DNA from: Tubulanus polymorphus
Taxonomy: Eukaryota; Animalia; Nemertea
Assembly (NCBI RefSeq): GCF_964204645.1
Contig: NC_134035.1
Coordinates: 6,386,001-6,450,000, forward strand
DNA length: 64,000 bases
Reading direction: 5' to 3'
The notes beneath the pieces are model-generated. The model saw only the letters and a program-made list of their open reading frames with translations. It was not told the origin of the DNA and searched no databases. Each line of letters begins with the position of its first letter. The stretch's first letter is position 1. Shown one piece after another: positions 13,511-29,207 of the stretch. The translations under genes were made by a program, and so were the position numbers.

Positions 13511-16500
13511 CACGCTGAAAAGAGGTGATACGCTTACACTTCAAGGACTTCATAACAATCGGGTGTTTCATTCGATTTGATTTTTATTCGTTTATCTACG
13601 GCGTTTCATTGTTGATTGTGGAGGACATAATGTCTGAGCCACCCCCGACGACGAACGGCAAAAAACGAAATCGGATTTACATTCAAATTGGTTTCGTCTC
13701 CGAGAAAACAACGTAATTTTCAACAGAAACATGATTATATCGTAGTTATCTATTACGATTTCGGTGCGCGAGGGTTAACCTCATTATATGTAAGGAAAAA
13801 CATAAGGAAAATAACGGAAAACAGCTTGAACCGAAAGAAAGGTTTGGTTGTTCCTATCTTTTCGCGTTTGTGTGCGTCACCCTCGGGGGAAAGACAATTG
13901 CAATAGTTTGGTGATTAAGGCTTAATGTGACAACTGTACAAACAGAATTTGTAGCCGTAAGATCCGACGAACGTCGTTTCGAGACGGTATTATTGTTAGA
14001 GTTTCCTATTAAACCGCCGACCGCAACTCGTAAATACAACGCACTAACTTAAAGCCGTAAATTCATTTGGAATTTCGTTAATTTCGAGAAAGAAGAACCG
14101 GTGCGCGCATTTAGGACGTGTGCGGATTAGAGCTCGAGAACGCAACGGGAACATTTTGGAGACACATAAAGGAAAATCACTAGTAGATTATTGGGCCCGC
14201 GCTTACCCCAGCCGAAGATGTTACGCATGGAATACAATAACGTCCCTTAGTTCACCTATAACTCGCGCACAATGAACAGGATACCGAGTCATCTCACTTA
14301 TTTCGTCTTCGTCATCTGTAAGTAGAAAAATCATTGTTGGAAACATTATCGTATCGATGAAGAAATGTATTTTTCTAAATGTAATTCGTTTAACTGTATT
14401 TTTCCTTATTCTAAACAAATGGCAAATGATAAAGAAAAATGACATCATTAAACCCGTGCTATATCTGCATTGGTTTCCTGTTATTATTTACAGTATCGAT
14501 TTTTAGTTTATTATTGTGCATTTTATGTATCTATATCGTTTTTAATGATAAGACTAAAGCGCATATTGAAGACAAAAGTATCATATCCTGGTTTATACAG
14601 TCTGCAAAACCATTTTAAAATCACTCACTCTAGTCGGGTAGATCATGGACGTCCATGGGAAAATGGAAGATTGAATCATCCAATAATGCCTGAGTGGCGT
14701 TCAGCGGGTTTAGGGTTTGAAAAGTATTTTCGCAGTCAATTTCGTTCAATGCTATAAACCTCATTATACCACATTATTGTGAATCTGGGCTCCTTATGAT
14801 GACGGACGAGTTCTGAATGATCAAATGCGAAATAAATAAAGAATAGATTCACAAAGAAAATCATATCGTTTTATCCCGGATTTACTTAGACAATATGTAA
14901 CAAGACGGTGATATTTAATTAGCGCTACATCAATAGAAATCAAACGATCGTTAAAAGCCTTTTACTTCAATGCGAATTATTTTTCTGCAGTTAAACGACT
15001 TAAGTTTCTGTATTTAACGGTGCGCATATTGTCTCTTGCTTAAATGTAGTAACTCGTGCGCTGGATTCAAACCGATGAATCCCGGAACACGAAGAAATAG
15101 GAGATTATTAATGCGCATCATTATTTCTCTAAACAACGCTGCGCTCTCTCTCATGCGCGTCACATAGAAAACGAATATTGTTATTTTATTCCATTTGGGA
15201 TTTGTAGTCGTCGAGTGACGCAATGAGAAATTGCAATGGTTTCTGTTCTGAAAATATAATTGGCGTTTCGAGAAGCACATTGTATATGTATGCACGTACA
15301 TTAATAATATAAAATTCGCGTTGAAGTCAAACTATATATTCCGTATAGATGTTGAATTAATATCTGAAGTATTTTTCTCATCGCCCTCTCGAAGAGAAAT
15401 ACGAGAAACCCGAAGCCATTCTTTATAAGCGGTGCCTGGATGATACCGGCAATGAAAATGATGCAGCTTGTTTGATATGGAAGGAGCGGCCTCAACAGTC
15501 ACCGTCACTGGTACATTATCAAACGTATACGTATTTCATTGTTTCATCGACGTGAAAACAGGTTCTCTCCTAGATTTGTAAAAAATGACTTATTCGAATG
15601 ATTTCGACGAATTTGCCGTTGCTGCTTCAAGGCTAAACGTTTCATGCCATGCCTGTGACATAAATTTGTATCTTGCATTTCAATCGATTTCTGTTTATGT
15701 GTGTTTCTAATGGTAGGATATGTTTCGTCTTCTTGCCACGCTATCCCCAGCCACAACCTCAATTGAAACGAGTTTGGAAATTTGTTTCAAATTCAAACTG
15801 CCGTTTATTGTCAGATACTGGTTTCAGTTATGAGTGTGTTACTTTGAAATACACTTATACATGAAAAAGTCCCAACGATGCTCAATCTTGAAAGGTTTAG
15901 TGACACAAGTCTTGACTCAAAATAGCTAAGTAGTTAGAGTTTAAATATGTATCCAGCGGGCTAAAACTACCGTTTAACGCTATTTTCAAGATGACGACGC
16001 TATTTACTGACCAGTTGATAATATGTATTTCCTCGAATGCAATTTCACCGTTCGAGTGGCTTTACGCGTTTTTTAATGCTCGTTTCCAGCGATTGTTAGG
16101 TGGCATTCCGCGTTTTTTGTCGCTCATTTCCAGCGATTGCAACTCGAGCGGCGATTGAAGTCTATAATAACACGCAGTTACACAAGTCAATCTCCCTCCC
16201 AGTATTTATCGAGATGCACTAACGATAAATTTGTCTCTCAACCAGTATCAATGCAACTTATCGAGCCACAGGTGTGATCATGTTCGACAGGGCCGTAACA
16301 CTTAATTACATCTCGTGTCAGTCCGTTCAGGTCGCCGCAAAGTATAGAGAGCACTAGTCTCATTTTATGATCGTCGATGAAAAAGCAATAGTCTGCGCTT
16401 AGACATTACAGCTATATCGACCTGCCAGGAATCGTTTTTACTGTATGACTCTGCCATGATTCTGAGTGTGATTCAAGTATATTTCAGCTATCACGCTAGA

Positions 16501-19500
16501 AATGAATTTCGACTCGCGAGAAAGTTGTCTCCGGTGTCATTCGGTACAGTGGCATATAGGCACGCTAACGATTAAAAGTAGAAAACCAGGCACGCTGAAA
16601 TTTGGTCTGCGATGAAAAATCAGAACAATGCTGTTGTGTTTGTGTATTTAACCACGAGAGTGATGATACAAATTAGAGATAGGTTTTATTAATCCCGAAA
16701 GAGACTCGGCGTTATAATGTAATGTTTAAGATCGTAAAGCTGAAAGATGTATCCATCATTAAAGTATTGCTCATCATCCAACACATTCGGCATAATAAAA
16801 TGGTAGTGATCAGAGTGCTGACGAAACTAACCAAAATTTCCAATTATCTACTTCGATTTAAACCGAAGTTTCTTGACCTTCTAAATTTTGCACCGCGATT
16901 TTCAATTTCAAATTCCAAGTCTCGTTCCAGTCCGGAGTGGTGGTGGGTTTCAAAAAAAAATAAAGAGATTGGTATGATTACAACATAGCGTATGCCGCAG
17001 CCATTTTTTCAATGTCATCAGTGTTCAGTTTTTATTCTGATAACGAATAATGACGCCGATCTCACACAAATTCAATGAATATTTCATATAGACCTACTTA
17101 ATAACGCCAAATTTGTTATAATATCATAACTCTTGGTCCCAATGTTACAGACTTTGATGATCGTTTGTATATCAGACTAACTTCAGGCTTGGGCAATTCC
17201 GTCGATAACGTCATCACGAGACAAGTGATATGACGTCATTTCCGGAATCAAGGCGTGTTACAAAAATGTATCGAAATGTACATAAGAAATTTCGATGGAT
17301 GAAAATATGTTCCCGCAAATTGATGACTTATTTCAGATACGTGGGTTTTATTTCAAGAGTTAACGTTTAAAGCTTTCGAGCTGTGAACATTCAAAATGAA
17401 AGAATTCGTTTTCATTCAATGCTATTGATTAAGTAAAAGCCACAATTCATATGTTTACCGTCACAACAGCAGCAACAGCAGCACCAGCAGCAGTAGCGAT
17501 GGAAAAATATAGTTTCTGGTCCGTATCAGACAAATATCGATTCAATAACTAGAAAGATAATGACAAGAAATAAATCAAAAGAACCCCAATGACAGTCAGT
17601 ATTTGAATATCTCATTTCTGGATATGAATTTTGAGAATATCGATATCAAACACCAGTCATCACCAAAGTAACGACCTTGAGATGTCTTTAAAGACAATGT
17701 GACCTTCACATTTTAGCAAAGTGTAAATACACACAGGCGGGTGGGTTTTAGACGGTAGGTAAGCGATCGGGCGGGCGGGCAGGCATGCAAGCGACAGTTG
17801 ACCTTACCCTTACAAGGCAAGACGAATTTTTGAAAAATGTTTTCTCCTTTTACCCCGAATTGTGGCCGCACACATAGCTGCCAGTTGGTGCATACATTTG
17901 ATGTTTATCCCCGCGGGTACTGTTCCGTATAATAGGTTTACCGATATTTATGCACGACCTGCTCGAGCCTCGCCACGGCTGCAGCTGATATGCAGAGGCA
18001 GCAGTTTATATACTACCGGACGCTTGGCGGCTGATGCGCTGATAAACTATTGAGATTCCATACTTTTGAGGAGACGACGTGCTGATAATCAAGATTTCTT
18101 TGTATGAGTCCCCGGTTATAAAGCGGGTCATTCGTCCGAGGTTTTAATTACGGAGCCAGTATTACGGAAACTGCGTTTATGTCCGTCACTTCACGCTGCG
18201 CAGTAACAGCGTTGTCCATCTTGTCTTCAGTTAATCAGCTAATTCGCGCAGTTAATTGCGCTCAATCGGATCTGACCCATGCTCTTGATTCAGATGTTGT
18301 TCCGCTGAAAGTGGTTTCCTAGTTTTCTCAGCTGCTGATGGTCGTGCAAATCTTATAAAAAGAAAATACACACGGTCTGATCTGGTGCAGGCGCTATTGT
18401 GGCTGTTGGTCGATATGCCCCAGGGTCACAGCTGCACGGACCGTAACCAAAATCCAAAATAATGTCTTATTTCATGAGACTAGTTTTTAAGCAAGTTACT
18501 GAATTGGCTGGAAAAAGCAAAATGAGCTATAAAGAATGTGATTTTAAGTCTTAGCCTTGACGGTGCAAATTCCCGATCAGCAACAATTCAGAATGTGATG
18601 ATTGTCGTTGTTGAATGTCGCTGATATTTCTCTTGTGCTCGGTGGTCTGTGGAAGCTGGAAGTTCCTTTCTGTTCGCGAAGGACAAATTACTGCAGCTAG
18701 CTCGAGTTGTTATACGACTGTAATGAAGACTAATGCCTCTCAGTTTTATATCGTATCATAAATCAAACCGTAATAATAGGTCAAAGAATGATGTCATGTG
18801 CAACGACAGCGGAACAAATGATACAATGAAATCTAGTGCAATTAGTTATCTGCTCCTCGGAGATTTGACCGTCGCGAAAACAACTCCGGCAGTTATAACC
18901 ACAGCAACCACATTACTAACACCACTGAACCACTGAAGGCGGGCGTACGTCGCGTCGCAAGGCTTACACGCCTGGCTTAAAACACCCATTTGAAATACAT
19001 GAAATAAATAGCTGTCACAGCCAACTACGATAAGATCATTGCTATTGAATCTAAAAGAGAAATTCTAGTAATCTTAATGCTCTGCATTAGTTAGCGAACC
19101 TAGCGGTCAAATAACTACAACTACAACCTTAAATTTCACACCGGCATATTAGCGGAGAGTGGTTTGCCTGCCGCATAGTGCAAACAGAGCCAGAGTAAGA
19201 TTTGATCGAGCCCGCGATGTAACGAAAATAGAGTTTCAATATTCAGTCCACGTTAAAATCAAAATTTTCCATAAAGTTTGAGTTTCGTTGCTTTTCTAAC
19301 ACAATTTGATAGTAGATTATACTCTGAACAACAATCACATTTACAGCTACATTCGTCGAGTACTGCCAGCATGTGGTACAGCCATCAAAACGACCTTATA
19401 CTGGAAAAATTGATCAATGTTTTTGATTGCTGAACAAGAAAGCGGGCATGTGTTTACTCTGCGTGTCTTTGAGGTTCATTGGATGAAAAGAGCCGGGTCG

Positions 19501-20436
19501 TTTTATTGAATTGATTTGATGTTACAACATCGTCTCGTCTCGTGCGCGCTAACAAGTGGTGGGGCTCCGACCTGAATTGATGTCATTCCCGGAACACCAA
19601 TACGGAACCAACGATACCTAATTATCAGGGATGCCAGGATGGACTGTACTCCTCTCATTGACTTTATGCGGGTCGATACCAGGCTGAACTGCCACTCGCT
19701 CTATACTCTGTGTCATATCATCCATCGCTTTGTAGCGATTTCTATACGGTTTGTGAATCCGTCAATTTGTCCTCGGCAAAAAAAGATCAACTCATTCCCA
19801 ACTGATGCAACGTAATCATGTAAATTGTGGTACACCTTTCCGATTGACACATATTGACTGTTATAGATTGTTCACCCGTCAGAGTATTAAGATATGTCGC
19901 AAGCATAACAAAACACGAAGATGAATGGTCATTTATAGATTTCGGGGATCGTTCATGTAAATGGCTTGTTGCGTTTGACCGTAAGCGATATGGCGTCTTC
20001 GTCACGTGATAAAAGCACATGGCTGCAAGAACGCCCTCTATGTATATACATTTAGTTATAAGGGTGACTTCTGAGATAGCCGAAATGTTAACCTAATAAA
20101 CTCAGCGTTAAAGCGCACAATAAACAAGTACAAAGGGTACAAATTGCGACAGTAATAGAAGTCGACATATGGCGAACATGTCCGTATCCGTAACACGATT
20201 CAATTATTCATTGCTCGAGTCTCATCGGCTGCCGTGAGAAACTGAAGCCGTGTCTGCCATCGGAAACATGACACTGAAACTCGGCCCATTGGGGCGCATC
20301 CTATTCTGTGCTCTCGATGGACGCGCATGAGTTCCAATGGTAGAGAAATACTCAGTGGTAGAGAAATATAACTGATGTGGAAATACTGAGTCTGGATCTG
20401 GTTTCACATTCTCTGATAACTTTGATAGCGTTACAA

Positions 20437-20620
20437 TTTTTGATCTTGAAATAGGGATTGACCCTGTTATCTATTTGATTGGTAGATTTCGTTTGACTTT
20501 TTGTATTTCGTGTCCCTTAACAAACCCACCACACCTGCCGGGAACGAAACAGGGGGTTTGATTTTGGAATCGGAAATCGAAGTGCATGTAGTTGTGTGAT
20601 CAGCAGTCGAATTTACAGCA
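20437..20620 (-). mobile_element. Older copy of the poly(A) retroposon at 46870
   Basis: The reverse complement aligns over ~185 bp with 46870-47055, including CACTTCGATTTCCGATT(C/T)CAAAATCAAACCCCCTGTTTCG(T/C)TCCCGGCAGGTGTGGTGGGT and CAATCCCTATTT(C/T)AAGAT followed by A. Confidence 0.85.
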
Positions 20621-23026
20621 TTTTTGTTTTACTGGAAGTAGATAATTGGAAATTGCGGTTCTGGTTCATTCAAACAATCTTCCGGGTAATTTTGTTAACT
20701 GGCTTTATTGATAGATTGAGATTTTTGAGAAAAAAAATACATGACATGGTTGGAAATTTTCAGTTTTTCAGTTTTCTTGTCGTTTTCCACGTGCAAATGG
20801 TCCGATAGTTCATTGTGATTTTTTCTCGGGTATATGTTGGCGTAAAAGTCTTCTAAGTAGGTTATCCCATGTGTTCACTAGATTAAAAAGAAGCACATTT
20901 CGAAATGAAAATTATCCAGATGAGAGTATGGTCCGAAGTATAGTTGCACGACATCGACGATTCAGCTTCGACGTCCAGGTCATTATTCGTATCTCGGTCT
21001 GAATATCAAAATTATCGCAAAGGTCCGCTGAAAAGAGACAACTGAAAGGAGTATAACTAGTACAGCGATTGTCATTTTAACTTGTTTTTAAGAGATGATG
21101 ATGTCATTAGATGTCATGTGTGTTTATTTATGGTATTCAATTATTCAGAAATTGCCCGCAGAACACATTACCCATTACCTAACCATCTTCGAACTTCATC
21201 TGAAACCATCTGCTGCCAGTTTGTATGTGGTTATGATACTCTGCATTAAAGGACTCGATGTGTCCGTTGGTTTTGTCATCAGAGTAAGGCCTGTATTCAA
21301 ACCTAGTCCATTTAGTAAAATCTTTGTTTTTAATTACACGTACGGAAGAGACAAGATTTACAATCAGTGATAAGCCAGGTGGCGTGATTAACAGTCAGTT
21401 CTCCTTAGGTAGTTTGAACTTATTTGAACTGGATTTTATTGCTGCAAAATATACATGATCTAGAGATTGAAGCGCGGATAACCGATATTTTTCGAGACAT
21501 CTTTCAATATGATGATTCAGCAGTTACTCGTGTGTCTATATACACATCTCTGCTGCCTCATTGTTCGTTGTTTTTTTTACTATCGAGACTCGTGAAGCGC
21601 CTGATGAGGCTAAATAGTTTCACAGCCCCCGGTGACAAACATTTGAACCTACACAGATTTCTGTAAAACTACCACTGCAGAAACCTGACACACCATATTA
21701 TTAGCACGATGTCTGTCAGAATCATTTTACGCGCGTCTGAAGTTTCTGCAATTCGTCGAGCTTCAAAGGACAATAATAATGATAATGCTAGGTGACGTAT
21801 TTTGAAAATTAATGTTCTCACCACGCTCCACCCGGGCGGGATAATGCGCCTGACAAACCGCGCTGTTGTTATTCGATATTTGTGTCACGATCACGATTTT
21901 TACCAGTTATTACAAACGTATCTTTAATAATAATCAACATAATCATCGGAAAAATTTTAGACTCATCATCGAACAACAACAAATACCGCACCGAGCGGCA
22001 AGAATCGAATATTATGAAGTCATATTATAATCCTAGTCGAGGAGAGATCGATTTTGATATGAGATGGTTGTTAAATCCTAGTGGGAATTCTAGTTGTCGC
22101 TGCGATGAATACTGACAAGAATTCGTCTCTAATACACGAGGGACGTTCACATCTCACACAACACAGAACGGCTGAATGAGCAGCAACTTCTCTTCAAACC
22201 ATCATATTTCACTTGTATCATATTTCTTCCGGGATCTCGCAATAGTCTGTGCGCCGTGCTCTCTGCCGCTGCCGCCTGACATCAAAAGCACAATAGATTC
22301 AATGGCGACGTCTTAGGCGCAGTTATTTTATATGAGCATTGCCGATATCGTCGAGTCGTTATAGTAACTGTGTCTCACCTCCATAATATAACCTCACATG
22401 GAAACGGCCGTGAAAACCTACCTTATGAGATTCTGAAATTTCCAGATGCTTTTCGCATATTTTGAATAATGCATCTTCTCGGTGATGGAGACCAGATGAA
22501 ACGCATCAAGTTCTAGTTTAATAAAATTTGATTTGAATTAATCTTTATCTATTCAGTTAAACTTTTATCTGTAAAACTGAGCCCCGTTAAACTAGAATCA
22601 TGATCGCATCTGTTGTTTACACGAATTTTTGATTAGGTTAAAAGGGGTTTAAATTAGCTACGTCACTATCTATTCAGTATGAGATCTTCACAACCGGCTG
22701 TCGTGCGGATGACACAATTGCCAGTCTTGCTGATTCATCAAAATAGAAAAAATAGCAACAGCAGAAGCAGCTACGGGAGGGATTCAACGACTGCCTCCAC
22801 TCGCTATCAGTCGCCGATGATGCAAACGATTTAACTGCAATAGACAAAAACAATTTTAGTCGTAGTTTTTTTCTCTCGACATTTCCGCCGATATCAGATT
22901 GTGATGTTGCGTTTAGTAACGTATAACGTAACTGGAACCTGCCGTATCCATAAAGACCATCTCCGCGGATCCGTGTTTGGTGGCAGAAAAAAATGGTTCA
23001 TGACGTACGCGATATTTTCACATGAC

Positions 23027-23057
<31 letters not shown>

Positions 23058-24024
23058 ACTCATTGCTAGTTTGTTCCAATGTCACCGAGCGAGTTCTACA
23101 ATTCCGTAATTTTTTTTTCTTACGCATTTCATTTGTTGAGTTCCTGGTGACGTGTTCAACTGCGTCCTTTACACAACACCATTCACAAAGTGTTCCATTC
23201 GACAACTCGCCTTTAATATCCAAAGTGGATCAATAATGTTGATCTGTGTGTCAATTAGTTGATTGAGGGAGAGCTAATTAACTACGTATCAGTGTATAAC
23301 CGGTTCCAATCGGCTGATATACGCGCGAGATACACGAGATATTACTATTTGTTTAGATGTAGTATCTCCACAACAACGAGTCCGGTTTTTACGGCTAATT
23401 CAGTACGATCATCCATTTGATTAATTTTTCTGTGGAAAGTTTCTGTCTGCTGATCTTCGAACCTATTTCTTATAGACTAAAATCTACCGCAGTTGAAATC
23501 GTCTAATCAGCACTTCTCTCCATTTCTCCATCCCTACCTCCCCCTGTCTCCCCCTCTATCCTCACGCTTATGCTTTTCAAAACACGATGAACAAAACGTA
23601 CACAAGATTTTGTTCAACGAGTAATCAATTACAGGACAGTTGTCAAACTCATCGCAAAGAGCCATCGCTCTCTGAGCACGCACCGCGCGTCTTGATAGAT
23701 CTGGTTGGATTTCAGTGATGGCGATTTTTTCCATTTTTTCCATACACATACTGTAGTAGTAGGTAGCATGAATTAATCTAGCACGTTCTTGATTAATTTA
23801 CTCACCTCTTGTTCCACTCAATTCCACCTGGGACCGAATCGGTGAAAGGTTTTTAAAACTCTCAACAGTCATTCGGATTAAACGGTCAAGGTTTGCGTAT
23901 CAACGAACGACTTGACGACCCAATCACCTGAAATTGAAGCGACTCGGTAAACCGTATATAGTACTTTTATTTAAACGTTTTCGTCAATGTACCACTGCTT
24001 TATAGTTCGCCAAAATACAGTATT

Positions 24025-24163
24025 CCTTTATTTGTCAGTGACAGGGACCCGACTCGATAAACTCCGGATTCTTCCTGTCCCGGCAATCTGATTATTATCT
24101 CTGTTCATATGTATTTCTGTATTCTTTATGAGACTGCAAATAAAATACAAAAATACAAACTAC
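24025..24163 (+). mobile_element. Probable LINE/SINE 3' tail remnant
   Basis: GC stem-like segment followed by an AT-rich stretch and AATAAAATACAAAAATACAAACTAC, a tandem tail typical of CR1/L2-group 3' ends. Confidence 0.35.
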
Positions 24164-27100
24164 GTTCTTTTTCGTTTTGGTGCTCTAGTGCCCTCATTTG
24201 CATATCAGGAAATTTAAGTCATGGCCCGAATCAGCCGCCATAGTACCCTTTGATCTAGTAAATGTGTTCAGAAATGCCGGAGTGGTTCTCGTGATTACTG
24301 ATTTATTTATTTTTTCACATTTTCTTTCATGATTCGATGAACTGTCGCTAAAAATATTTGCAATTGACAATGCGCAATTGGCAGTTTTTAGAAGATGGCG
24401 GTGAGCTTGGTGACGCTATTTATGAAATGTATGGACACATTTAAGCGGTGTGTTACGGAATGGCATGACGCGCGAGACCTTATCGTTAATAACGTCTGCA
24501 GCGGAAACTGGAACAACATGGCGCTGACGTTGACCCGTCACCTCGTGTGAATTGATGTATATAATGGAGGTAGAGATGACACCAGTCTATTATCGAGGGC
24601 AGCCATTGCTGCCACAGGTAACAACGGTAATCGGAGACGTTTATACGAAAACCGTCAACGACGTCGAATATTGCAATCACGTCACGATTTACCACTTGTT
24701 ACAAATTGTGTTAAGAGCGATGGTGAGCGGCGTGGCGGAGGTGAAACGATTCAGTGTCACCGGCCCTATACTTTCTACAACACAAGAACCACTTTTACGA
24801 ATCTGGAACTTCCCACAGTATTTTATTATAATGCTTATATGGTCTGCGTGAGACACGATCGTCATCGCGCAGATTTCGTGTCTGGAATATCGACGAGGCT
24901 TTCAAGCAAATCGAGGTTTTGACATTTTGTAGCGAAATATGCAATTACATATACATATTACTCGTTGCTTTGGAATATTCAGCTGGACTGGAAATTTCTT
25001 CCGATGAGTACACACCCAGCCAACCACCGCTAGCCCGAATGACCACCAGTGAGATGTAAATTGAAATATATTCGAATTAGTACGAATCATAATAACTAGA
25101 ATTATAGTTGTTATGCGCAGTCCTTTTGGCTGACGTCCAATATTTTTCCAACCGAGACCCGCCCGTTCAACGGGAATTTCCTACCAAAGTTGTTGGTATA
25201 ACCTGCAAAACCGACAATGTGTTAACGGATTATGGTTTTGCAGTACTAACAACTCTGGGACCCATATGGCGCGTTTTTGATCATCCATTACAGTTGTATA
25301 TTCGTAACCATGTCGTAAAATGTGGAAGCTGGAAATATATATTGACACAGAGTCCTAGCTCAGGAATGAGAGAAACTTCGTATAATTGGTAACTTTATGA
25401 TACCGCTTCATTAGTAGACACCAGAGTGGGAGTCTTGCAAGTGACCACACTTGTTCGTCTAATGAAGATAGGGTGAGAGGCTTGTGTCTCCTGGTTTTAT
25501 ACCCACGAAGACCACGTCATCAGTCCGTACTTTAAGGTTTTAGGTAAAGTTTTGTAACTAGCAGCCCCGGTTGTTGTCGGTTCAACATAACGTACCATTA
25601 CATAACGTAAAACAAGATCGATAAAAACCTGAACAATTTCTTTGCCTACAAAACGAGACGACGTTATTTTCTGCTTCAATTCGGCCGAAAGTGTTCTCGG
25701 ATGCAACTGAAGTATAGGCCGCGCTGCAACGTTAACGCCGCCTCGGAATTCAATGTTGCATATAGCTTTTGTTGCATTTTTGCAATTAAGTCGTATTTTA
25801 TGAACAGCTCTGAGCAGTAGGCCCGCATTAACGGCGGCTGCGTCGAACTGGAATTCACCAGCAGGAACTAGCAGTTAATTCGATCGAATAATTGAAGTAA
25901 ATTCGCAAACGAGTTTCATTTCATTCACGCACTCGCTATCAAGGCTAGTATCCATCACGGCGGGTCCGCTTGCATTGTTGTGACCAGAACGCTGTGCCAT
26001 TCTGCGACGGATGCTGCTGCTGCTACTGCCGCCAAAATTGATTCTCAATTAGCATCAATTTGACAAACAGTTTTACAACATATTGAAATGTACGGCTGAC
26101 AGTAATTTAACACACTACCATCAGTAATTAGCAAATTAAATCCTGCAAAGACTGGAGAGAGAGGGGGAGCTGTTTGTACCGTATAGTAGCACACGAATCT
26201 CGTAATTAAATGACTTCTGTTAATTACATGTGATTAGCTCCAAATACTAATTACACAATAGAATACGATAATTCTCTTATACGTGATTCGATTGAAATCA
26301 GATGTAAAAATCTTCAAAATCTCAAATTGGAAAATTCCTAATCTTATTTAAAGGAAGATTGGAAATTAAACGTTTTCTTCATATTTTTCTCTCTCTGGAT
26401 GAAATTTCGTAGTTGTCAATTTTTCAAATGTTGCAAAACTTTGAGTCAAATTCTAACCGAGAACTGTTGCTGGGTTCTGAGGATGTTATCAGAGTTCAAT
26501 GAAACGATGTTTAATATTTTCTATGTATGTCGATTATTTGTTTAGTATTTGATATTGTGATACTTACACCACACACAGTTTGCGGGCCCCTCCTTCAATA
26601 AACACAACCAGGCAATAATTAATCAGGCAACCGCTCAACATGAGGATGTGACGGGTATCGAATATAAGCCGTTATTATCTACTTTTTCCGAATTGAAATT
26701 TGATACAAAGTCTTTTCGTAAAACATTCGCTTTTTCTAAATTATTCATTGCGTCAAAATGATTTGTGAGATGAATAAAAGTCGTAGCGTCCTGTATTCGC
26801 GTTACCAATATCACCCAACGTTGGACATTGTCTTCGTCGATATGCAAATATCTGATGACGTGTGGCTTGGAAACGATAAAAACTATAATCCGAGACGTTT
26901 TTGGGACGCGGGCTAATATCAATTTATTTTAATCAGAGGTACGTTTTAAACACAATATATGGATTTCCATGGCGGGGTAAGAATACCCTGCACTACCATA
27001 TTTCACATCTGCGCGCGCACTGCTGCTTGTTGTGGTTTGGTATTCAGCAGATGAATATTCTGAGTGAACTATCCCCTATTTCCCCCAGTTCTAGTCAACC

Positions 27101-27434
27101 CCTTTCCTCCTCTCCAAATCTCTCCTCATTTTCCCTCTGTCACTCCTCTTTCAGTCATTCCCCTCTTTTCTCTTTTCTCTTTTGTCTTCTCTTCCTCGTC
27201 TCTCATCTGTCACCTCTCTTCCCCAAGTCGCTCTCATCGCCCCCTCTATTTTTTTCCAATTGTTCCTCTTTCACCCTCCTTCTGCATTCCCCCTTCCACT
27301 CTAGGAGAGGCAGGTGTTTTATTTTCACTGATAAGAGACGCGGCTGCGGCTGCCGTGGTGATTACGCTATAAGCTAAGCTACGCATTAAAACGACATAAA
27401 TACGTTAAAAGAAGAATCTGTTATTTCCGGATCT

Positions 27435-27756
27435 GCAGCAGCGGCAGGCAGCGGCAGCGGCAGCGGCAGCAGCAGCAGCAGCAGCAGCCAGCGGCAGCAG
27501 CCAGCAGCCAGCAGCGGCAGCAGCAGCGGCAGCAGCAGCGGCAGCCAGCGGCAGCCAGCGGCAGCAGCCAGCAGCCAGCAGCGGCAGCCAGCAGCGGCAG
27601 CAGCAGCAGCAGCAGCGGCAGCAGCAGCGGCAGCAGCAGCGGCAGCCAGCGGCAGCAGCCAGCAGCGGCAGCCAGCAGCGGCAGCGGCAGCAGCAGCAGC
27701 CAGCAGCAGCACCAGCACCACCAGCAACAGCAGCAGCACCAGCACCAGCAGCAGCA
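27435..27756. repeat. Imperfect (GCA/GCG)n microsatellite with GCAGCCA interruptions
   Basis: Seen directly in the sequence. Confidence 0.95.
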
Positions 27757-29107
27757 TTGCGCGGAATTGGGAATATTTATTCACACAATGACTTAGAAAA
27801 TGCGTTAGAATTTTTCATACTTTTCTGGCTAGAATCCCGAGACGTTCTTGTTTCCGGTACCGTATACACATATAAGATTCCCGAATCTGAAATTTGTGGC
27901 TCTTGTAATACATTATATTTTAGCATACAGATAGCTACTAATACTAGTATCTAATTCTAATATTCGTTGAATATGGAAAACACGTTTGCAATCCCTATCA
28001 CCAACAGAATATTGATGCGATAGAGAGTTACGGCGTAGAGCCACCAAACTTGTACGACAAGTCCGAGACACATGCCTCATGAAGAAACGCCACAATTCTG
28101 AAGCTCTCATCGTTAGTGCACCGCTGAGAAGGAGGTGACATCCATATGGTGGCTGATTCATATTTAAAAAGTATATGACACTTTCGGTCTCCACAAACTT
28201 TGAAAAAAACATGTCACACTTTTTGTTTTGACGATCCGCCATGGCATCAAAACGATTGTTTGAACAATTAGAACGGATTCAACTTATTCTTTGAACTAAA
28301 GCGCGATTTGAAAAGTTAGATCGTATATGTGTGTATAGTGAGTAGTCAAACTAAATGTCTTCTCTCCGCCGGCGAGTGGTACGGATGAGTTATGTATATA
28401 GCACATTAGTTAGAGACGCGAGTAAAAGGCGATCATAAATCATGTTGTTCACAGTTGCAGCCATTAGTAGATGCAAATATTGCAGACAAGGACGCGGTGA
28501 ATGATGACCATCTTTCTATTCACTGTAAAACGCACGGAACCAACATACATCTATCCATCTCCTATAACACCATTCTCGCACAACCGCCACGCCCCCCCCC
28601 CCCCAACACGCGACCATTACGCCACCAAAAGTGGGTTAATTCAACCGAATCGTTCAAGTAGAAAGCGTTTCGCCAAAAAACAACGAAAACGAAGTTGCAA
28701 CGAAAGCAGCGAATTCTTGTCATGACCTCGGAGGCTTTGGCGGAAATCCATCTCAAAAACAAGTATACTTTACCGAGCCAGAACATGTAAGCTTCAATGC
28801 ATGTCAAGTTTGACGATCCTAACTGAAAACAGTTGAACTGCTCTCGACTCGACTTCACTCGACATTTTTGGTTAATACATTTTATACATTACAAATAGTA
28901 GATCGGCTTTTATTCTATGTTTACATCTACACGCATGATGGTACGAACGAGCACGCATTAGACGATCCCCGACGGCCAAAGGGAATTCTTCACTTTTCTG
29001 TCAGAAAACAGACAGCTAAATTCCAGCTCCGGGTTTATCTCGAAAAACAATGAACGTGTGATGACTAACAAAGATAAAACAAGTGGTGAATTTAATTCCA
29101 CGCTTAG

Positions 29108-29207
29108 CTCTGCCTCTGCCTCTGCCTCTGCCTCTGCCTCTGCCTCTCCCTTTCCCTCTCCCTCTCCCCTCCCTCCCCTTCTCTCCCCTCCCCCCTCCCC
29201 TCCCTCT
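29108..29207. repeat. (CTCTGC)n followed by a polypyrimidine tract
   Basis: Seen directly in the sequence. Confidence 0.85.

Noticed and set aside
26901-27377. 158-aa S/L/F/P-rich ORF
   Set aside because: It is the translation of a polypyrimidine low-complexity tract.
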